From Massilicoli timonensis (GTDB lineage: Bacteria > Bacillota_I > Bacilli_A > Erysipelotrichales > Erysipelotrichaceae): 32,000 bases of DNA. Positions 26,900 through 32,000 of the stretch are shown here, piece after piece. The stretch is taken from positions 573,272 to 605,271 of the forward strand of contig NZ_LT963434.1 in the NCBI RefSeq assembly GCF_900199515.1. Reading direction: 5' to 3'. The notes under the pieces were generated by a model. The model was not told the origin of the DNA. It was given only the letters and a program-made list of their open reading frames with translations, and searched no databases. The stretch's first letter is position 1; every line of letters starts with the position of its first letter. The position numbers and the translations under genes were made by a program.

Positions 26900-27885
26900 A
26901 AAAAGTAGAACTGCATGTGCATATCGATGGCAGCGTCAGAGTTCACAGCGCATGGGAAATGGCGCTGGAAAGAGGACTGCATTTGGCAGAAAACGAAGCG
27001 GATTTTCAAAAGCTGATGCAGGTAAAAGAGGACTGTACGTCCTTAGCGGAGTATCTGGCATGCTTTGACCCGGTATTGGCGATCTTGCAGGATCCCGATG
27101 CGATCTATCGCTGTACGTATGAACTGATTGAAGATCTGGCAAAGGATGATGTGATCTATGCGGAAATCAGGTTCGCCCCGGCCCAGCATACCAAAAAAGG
27201 TGCCTCTCAGGAAGCGATCCTGCAAAGCGCGTTGCGAGCGATCGAAGATGCCCGTCATGACTTTCCCGCTATTCGCGTCAATTTGATCCTGTGCATGATG
27301 GTACTGAAAGATTTTGCTTTTACCCAGGCCGATAATGAAGAAACGCTGCGCTTGGCGATCGCCTATCATCAAAAAGGCGTATGCGCTCTGGATCTGGCCG
27401 GAGCGGAAGGTGCAGTGCCGTTAAAAGCCTATATGCCGTATTTTATGGAAGCGAAATTAAATGCGCTGCCTTATACGATCCACGCCGGTGAAAATCCTTA
27501 CCCGCAGCATGTGGAAACAGCATTGATCATGGGTGCCAAACGGATCGGGCATGGAATCGCGGCGGCAATGGATCCTTATGTCATGAAACTGTTAAAGGAA
27601 AAGCAAGTGCCTTTGGAAATCTGCTTCAGCAGCAATCTGCATTCACAGGTCGCCAAAGCAGACACCCATCCTTTTCGCACCCTGCTTGATCATGGCATTG
27701 CGGTAACGATCAATACCGATAACCGCACCATTTCCAATACGACCTTGGCAAAAGAATACGAATTATTAAAAAAATATATGGGATGCAGCGAGGAAGAACT
27801 GCGCGCATGCAATCACACCGCCATTCAAAACGCCTTTCTGTCACCGGAAGAAAAGGCCGCATTACATCAGCAGTTGGACGCATGA
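26896..27885 (+). CDS. add: Adenosine deaminase
   Basis: VELHVHIDGS metal-binding start, HAGE, and INTDN motifs. The ATG overlaps the upstream stop (ATGA), with GGAGGAA 6 nt upstream. Confidence 0.9.
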   Translation: MKKVELHVHIDGSVRVHSAWEMALERGLHLAENEADFQKLMQVKEDCTSLAEYLACFDPVLAILQDPDAIYRCTYELIEDLAKDDVIYAEIRFAPAQHTKKGASQEAILQSALRAIEDARHDFPAIRVNLILCMMVLKDFAFTQADNEETLRLAIAYHQKGVCALDLAGAEGAVPLKAYMPYFMEAKLNALPYTIHAGENPYPQHVETALIMGAKRIGHGIAAAMDPYVMKLLKEKQVPLEICFSSNLHSQVAKADTHPFRTLLDHGIAVTINTDNRTISNTTLAKEYELLKKYMGCSEEELRACNHTAIQNAFLSPEEKAALHQQLDA

Positions 27886-27917
27886 GTTTTCCCATACGAC
27901 TATCGCTTTACGATCAA

Positions 27918-27978
27918 ATCTTTGAAAGAACCGGTCTGCCTTTTTGATGTGCAGCGTGTCTTTTCAAAGATTTTTTTA
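27918..27978. terminator. Hairpin between convergent add and MATE genes
   Basis: ATCTTTGAAA (27918-27927) pairs with TTTCAAAGAT (27962-27971), followed by TTTTTTT. The loop is long. Confidence 0.5.
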
Positions 27979-27982
27979 TGGC

Positions 27983-29314
27983 TTAATCGGTACGCAGCGA
28001 CTTCATGAAGTAAAGCACCGGCAGACAGATGAACAGTGAAACAAGCGTAGCGGCAGGTGCGGCCAGCCCCATATGATAAAGATCGCTGCCCGCTGTTTTC
28101 GATAAGAGATAAGTAAGCGGAATGCGAATGACAAAGGTTGCCACCATGCTGTGCGCAAACGCGATCAATGAGAGGTTGCAGCTGGAAAAGTAAGAATTCA
28201 TGCAGAATACAAAGCTTACTAAGATACAGTCGATGGAATATGACATCAAATATCTCGCACTGGCTTCAATGACTGCCGGATCAGCGCTGAACAAAGCGGT
28301 GGCGCATGTCGGCATGAGCTGGGCAAACAGACAAAAGCACACCCCGAACACAAGAGAAAAACCGATGCCATACCAGAGTATGTGAAATGCTCTTTTTCTT
28401 TTTCCCGCACCGATATTGGTGGCGCTCATCGTCGCTACTGCAGAAGCAAAAGAACTTGGCGGCAGCATCGCAAACACGATGATCTTTTCCACGACGCCGA
28501 CCGCGGCGCTGGCAATCAGTCCCATCGTATTGACGATTGCCGTAATGACCAGAAAGCTCACATTGACCAGTGCGTCCTGCAAGGCAAGGGGAAAACCGAC
28601 GATCAAGATCCGCCCCAGCTCTGCACGATACAGCCGGAAGTGCCGATGGGATAGTGGAAAACCCAATCCCTTTTTCATCATGTAAAACAAAGAAACAACA
28701 AAGCTTGCGCCCTGCGCAATGATCGTCGCCGCCGCAACGCCGGCTGTCCCCATGTCCCACATACCGGTAAATACATAATCCAATACGATATTGATCAAGC
28801 ATGCCAAAGCGATAAAATACATTGGAGAACGGGAATCGCCGATGCCGCGAAAAATCCCGCTGACCGCATTATAGCCGATGATAAAAGGGATCCCGCATGC
28901 ACAGATCGTCAAATATACCAGCGTATCGCTGATCGCTGCCGGCGGCGTTTCCATAAACCGCACAAGATCTTCACTGATCACATACATAAGCGGCGTCAAA
29001 CAAAGCGCAAGCAAGAAAAATAAGAGCGCCGTCGTTCCCACCGCGCGGCCGGCGCTTGCATCGTCTTTTTCGCCGATCTTACGGGCGATCAAAACCGTAG
29101 ACCCCATAGAGATTCCCAAAATGATCCCGGTGATCGTCTGCATGAGCTGTGAACCGATCGCAACTGCCGAAACCGCCTCACTGCCGCTGAAACGCCCTAC
29201 GATAAATAGATCCGCAGCGCCATATAACGCCTGTAAGAAGCTGGAAAGCAGAAACGGCAAAGCAAACTTCAACAGCGTAACGCCGATTTTCCCCTCTACT
29301 AATTCCCAACGCAT
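27983..29314 (-). CDS. MATE-family efflux transporter
   Basis: Twelve-TM protein with a typical MATE N-terminus (KFALPFLLSSFLQALYGAADLFIVGRF). ATG 29314 lies 10 nt after GGAGG, whereas ATG 29323 lies only 1 nt after it. Confidence 0.9.
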   Translation of the reverse strand: MRWELVEGKIGVTLLKFALPFLLSSFLQALYGAADLFIVGRFSGSEAVSAVAIGSQLMQTITGIILGISMGSTVLIARKIGEKDDASAGRAVGTTALLFFLLALCLTPLMYVISEDLVRFMETPPAAISDTLVYLTICACGIPFIIGYNAVSGIFRGIGDSRSPMYFIALACLINIVLDYVFTGMWDMGTAGVAAATIIAQGASFVVSLFYMMKKGLGFPLSHRHFRLYRAELGRILIVGFPLALQDALVNVSFLVITAIVNTMGLIASAAVGVVEKIIVFAMLPPSSFASAVATMSATNIGAGKRKRAFHILWYGIGFSLVFGVCFCLFAQLMPTCATALFSADPAVIEASARYLMSYSIDCILVSFVFCMNSYFSSCNLSLIAFAHSMVATFVIRIPLTYLLSKTAGSDLYHMGLAAPAATLVSLFICLPVLYFMKSLRTD

Positions 29315-29338
29315 TTCATTCATTCCTCCGATCCTTAC

Positions 29339-29380
29339 AAAAAAACCGGACAGACAGTGTCTTCCACCATCTTATCCGGT
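29339..29380 (-). terminator. Hairpin plus T7 between the O-antigen-ligase-like gene and the MATE RBS
   Basis: Minus strand reads ACCGGA...TCCGGT followed by TTTTTTT, ending about 10 nt before the MATE GGAGG. Confidence 0.6.
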
Positions 29381-29431
29381 ATCTTGATACCCTCCGATGT
29401 GATCTCATCCTAACATGTTTCCTCAAAATTG

Positions 29432-31114
29432 TCAATCGCTGAGCGAAATGCTCATAATCGGCAAGTGCGCACCGATCATCTCGCCGATCTCCGCTTCGGC
29501 AATCGCATACAGCTCTTCCGCCATCTTTTGTTCATAAGCACGCGCTTCTTCTTTTTCTACATGCAGGGCATAGCTTGCTTCATAGATCAGTGAGAAAGCG
29601 ACACCTGCGGTAAACTTGATGCACAGCGTATAAGCATCGTCACATTCCCGCCGCAGCACCTGTGCGCACACCGCTTCATCCGATACAGACGTTTCATAAT
29701 GAATGTGCAAAAGGCGATAAGACAACAGTTCAAACGCATAGCTGGAACGCTGTAATCTGGCCTTGCGATTTTGATTGATACAGAAAAGATACCCCAGCAT
29801 GATCCAAAACAACAGTGCTGACAAAGAATAATCATATAAGACCCCATAGTCCAGCATGCTGCCGGCAAATTCCACCGATACCATTGCGCTCATCAACAAA
29901 ACGATGAAATAACCGGGCGTAAAGGCATAACGGCGCAAATTCTCAAGCATGCGTACCAGCGCCTGTCCCAAAAAGATCATAAAACACAGAAAACCCAATG
30001 TACCCGATACGACCAGCACTTCTAAAAACAGATTGTGCGCATGGACGATCGTACTGCCCGCAAAAAGACCGTCTGCGTAAAACATCTCCTGTCCCATGCG
30101 CTGAAAATTATTAAGACCGATGCCGGTGATCGGATGCGCACGATAAAGACGGTAAGCATCATAATACAGTTCCACGCGGCGTGAAGAAAGATCATTTGCC
30201 AGATGGTAGATCGCTTTCGCATTGCCGATCGGATCCTCTTTGATCATATAAACCAGCTCCACGACATCATCAAAGGCAAAACGGCTTTCTTCCTTGAACA
30301 CCGCTCCCTGTAACTGAGGAATCACAAACAAGCCCGCTTTGACGGCCTGCCCGCCAAACATCGCCAAAAAGCCGACACAAAATGCGATCAGCACATTGCT
30401 TATGCGCCGATAATCCCGGCGTTTGAACAAAATATAGTAAACCACCACCATCAACAGACAAAGCAGGATCAAAAAGGCGCTGCGGCAGTTGCTCAACAGC
30501 ACATAGGTGCCCTGTACAATGAGATTCGCCAGATGAAAATAGGGAAAACGGCTTTTCAAATAAAGCAGCAGCAGGCTGCCGCAAATGCTCATGCAAGCTA
30601 AAAACGCCGCCGGATTGCAGTTAAAATAAACACCGAACAGCCGATTCCCTACAAGCCCAAACACCGCACCATTGCGCGTCCATGAGATATTGAACAAAAA
30701 CGTCAATAGTGACAAAAAAGAAGCGAGAAAGCTCAGCACACAAACCAACTTCAAGATCCGGATCATCTCTTGACGCATTTCATAGATCCGCCGCCCTTTC
30801 TCCTGTGCGAATGCCAGCAGAAAGATCAAGCCCTGCAAAAGCAATAACAGAAAGGAACGTGTTTCACTGTAAGTGCTTGTAAAAGTGGAAAACGCCGCGC
30901 ACAGTAAAAACAGCAGCAGCCATGTCACACTGTAATTTCTGCCATCCAGTTTGCGGTGATACCACTCGTATCCAAGCAGCAGCACCCCATAAGGAATCAA
31001 GACATAATAAGCCGGATGCTGCGGCAGTCCTAAAAAAGCAAGATTTAAGGTTTGTATCATATATAAAACCACACATACATAGCGATATGTGCTGCGACAA
31101 AACAGTTTTTCCAT
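29432..31114 (-). CDS. O-antigen ligase/polymerase-like (Wzy_C) membrane protein with C-terminal soluble extension (560 aa)
   Basis: About 12 TM segments and a Wzy_C-type loop/motif (HAHNLFLEVLVVSGTLGF). The last roughly 110 aa are non-hydrophobic. AAGGAG RBS lies inside the end of the upstream permease gene. Confidence 0.7.
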   Translation of the reverse strand: MEKLFCRSTYRYVCVVLYMIQTLNLAFLGLPQHPAYYVLIPYGVLLLGYEWYHRKLDGRNYSVTWLLLFLLCAAFSTFTSTYSETRSFLLLLLQGLIFLLAFAQEKGRRIYEMRQEMIRILKLVCVLSFLASFLSLLTFLFNISWTRNGAVFGLVGNRLFGVYFNCNPAAFLACMSICGSLLLLYLKSRFPYFHLANLIVQGTYVLLSNCRSAFLILLCLLMVVVYYILFKRRDYRRISNVLIAFCVGFLAMFGGQAVKAGLFVIPQLQGAVFKEESRFAFDDVVELVYMIKEDPIGNAKAIYHLANDLSSRRVELYYDAYRLYRAHPITGIGLNNFQRMGQEMFYADGLFAGSTIVHAHNLFLEVLVVSGTLGFLCFMIFLGQALVRMLENLRRYAFTPGYFIVLLMSAMVSVEFAGSMLDYGVLYDYSLSALLFWIMLGYLFCINQNRKARLQRSSYAFELLSYRLLHIHYETSVSDEAVCAQVLRRECDDAYTLCIKFTAGVAFSLIYEASYALHVEKEEARAYEQKMAEELYAIAEAEIGEMIGAHLPIMSISLSD

Positions 31115-31117
31115 GCC

Positions 31118-31861
31118 TTACTCCTTTCGCTTTTTCCAAAGCAAGCGCAGTCCATGCTCCAACAGCACCAATAAAATAATGAGCCAGATCGTCCATGCAA
31201 ATACTTCCGCCATTTCAATGTTCAGATAGCTCCATTGCAGTTTTTTACCGATCCCATCCGGCACTTGTCCTAAGATTTCCGCCATGACCCCTACCTTAAA
31301 GGCCAAGCCGATGCCGCTTTCATAGCTCGCTGCTAAATAAGGCTTTAACAGCGGCAGTTCTACCTTTACGATCTGACGCCATAGTGATTGCGGATACAGG
31401 ATCATCACTTCCCGCAGGCTTTGATCGATTGCGTCAAGCCCATTTGTAAAGCTGCTGTAAAAAGAAGGGAATAAAACAAAAAACACGATGATCATCACAC
31501 TGATTTCTCGGTTGAACCAGATCAAGATCAACAAGATAAACGAGATATTGGGCACGCTTTTCAACAATGTGATGAGCGGCGCAAGATAATCCCGCAGCCA
31601 TTTCATATGACCGGTAACAAGCGCCAAGACAAGCGCAGTGCCATAAGAGATCACAAAGCCGATCACACAGCGCGACAAGGTCATTATGATCGCCTGATAA
31701 AAGGCGGCGTTTTGCAGCTGACAAAGCATGACCTTACCTACGGCAAAAGGGGAAGGAAACAAAAAATGTCGATTCAGCGCATAGGCAAGCAGCCACCATA
31801 AAACAAGCAAAATAACGATGCCGCCTAGTTTTCGATAATCGCTTTTCCGCATTTCCTTCAC
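31118..31861 (-). CDS. ABC importer-type permease (NitT/TauT/SsuC-like binding-protein-dependent family)
   Basis: Six-TM permease with an EAA-like loop (DAIDQSLREVMILYPQSLWRQIVKVELP). No ATPase or binding-protein gene is adjacent within the window. Confidence 0.75.
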   Translation of the reverse strand: MKEMRKSDYRKLGGIVILLVLWWLLAYALNRHFLFPSPFAVGKVMLCQLQNAAFYQAIIMTLSRCVIGFVISYGTALVLALVTGHMKWLRDYLAPLITLLKSVPNISFILLILIWFNREISVMIIVFFVLFPSFYSSFTNGLDAIDQSLREVMILYPQSLWRQIVKVELPLLKPYLAASYESGIGLAFKVGVMAEILGQVPDGIGKKLQWSYLNIEMAEVFAWTIWLIILLVLLEHGLRLLWKKRKE

Positions 31862-31951
31862 CTCTCTTTATTTTTTGTATTATACCATGATTTAGCCGGT
31901 TGTACCATTTTCACCTCATAACGCCATCACTTTTTCAGACAATGCCGCAAG

Positions 31952-31990
31952 AAAATAAAAAAGCACAGAAGGATCGATCGTTTCCGTGCT
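31952..31990 (-). terminator. Terminator of the gene lying beyond the right edge
   Basis: Minus strand reads AGCACGGAA...TTCTGTGCT stem (one mismatch) followed by TTTTTTATTTT. Confidence 0.55.
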
Positions 31991-32000
31991 TCTTGTCTCT

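Noticed and set aside
28281-28802. A 173-aa alternative-frame ORF and several plus-strand ORFs inside the MATE gene
   Set aside because: They are fully nested in a well-supported 12-TM transporter frame. Their products are Arg/Cys/Gly-rich with no start signals.

Overview
This window looks like a chromosomal segment of a low-GC Gram-positive (Bacillota-type) genome. That inference rests on GGAGG-type ribosome-binding sites, hairpin plus T-run terminators, a T-box leader, an FMN riboswitch in front of an ECF RibU component, and a DegV gene. Most of it is ordinary housekeeping or accessory metabolism: a DapF-like epimerase, TrmL, RdgB, three HAD phosphatases plus a Cof-type HAD, a GNAT, a TrmN6-like methyltransferase, a ROK kinase, a sirtuin, an alpha/beta hydrolase, adenosine deaminase, MetNIQ, a MATE exporter, a MacB-type ABC pair, a Wzy_C/O-antigen-ligase-like protein, an ABC permease and one tRNA-His. 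I found no CRISPR array, transposase, integrase or phage gene. Two regions stand out. (1) 8777-12896 is a tightly coupled seven-gene minus-strand operon encoding a strongly diverged, minimal Tad/Flp-type pilus machinery: an anchored small protein, CpaB-like, a 333-aa CpaF/VirB11-like ATPase, two T2SS-F-like membrane proteins, a Flp-like pilin and a TadE-like pseudopilin. The 49-codon Flp-like ORF is absent from the supplied ORF track. It has the EYGL core but essentially no leader peptide, and no prepilin peptidase or TadZ is present in the window. (2) 15753-17267 encodes a collagen-like protein with 112 uninterrupted G-X-Y triplets, a Cys-rich N-terminus and a BclA/C1q-like C-terminal domain. 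It is preceded by a -10 element resembling mother-cell sporulation sigma promoters. Lesser observations are a possible attenuator in the MATE leader, an O-antigen-ligase-like protein with an extra C-terminal domain coupled to an apparently orphan importer-type permease, and an unusually short DapF-like protein. All functional calls rest on motif recognition by eye, since no database search was possible.
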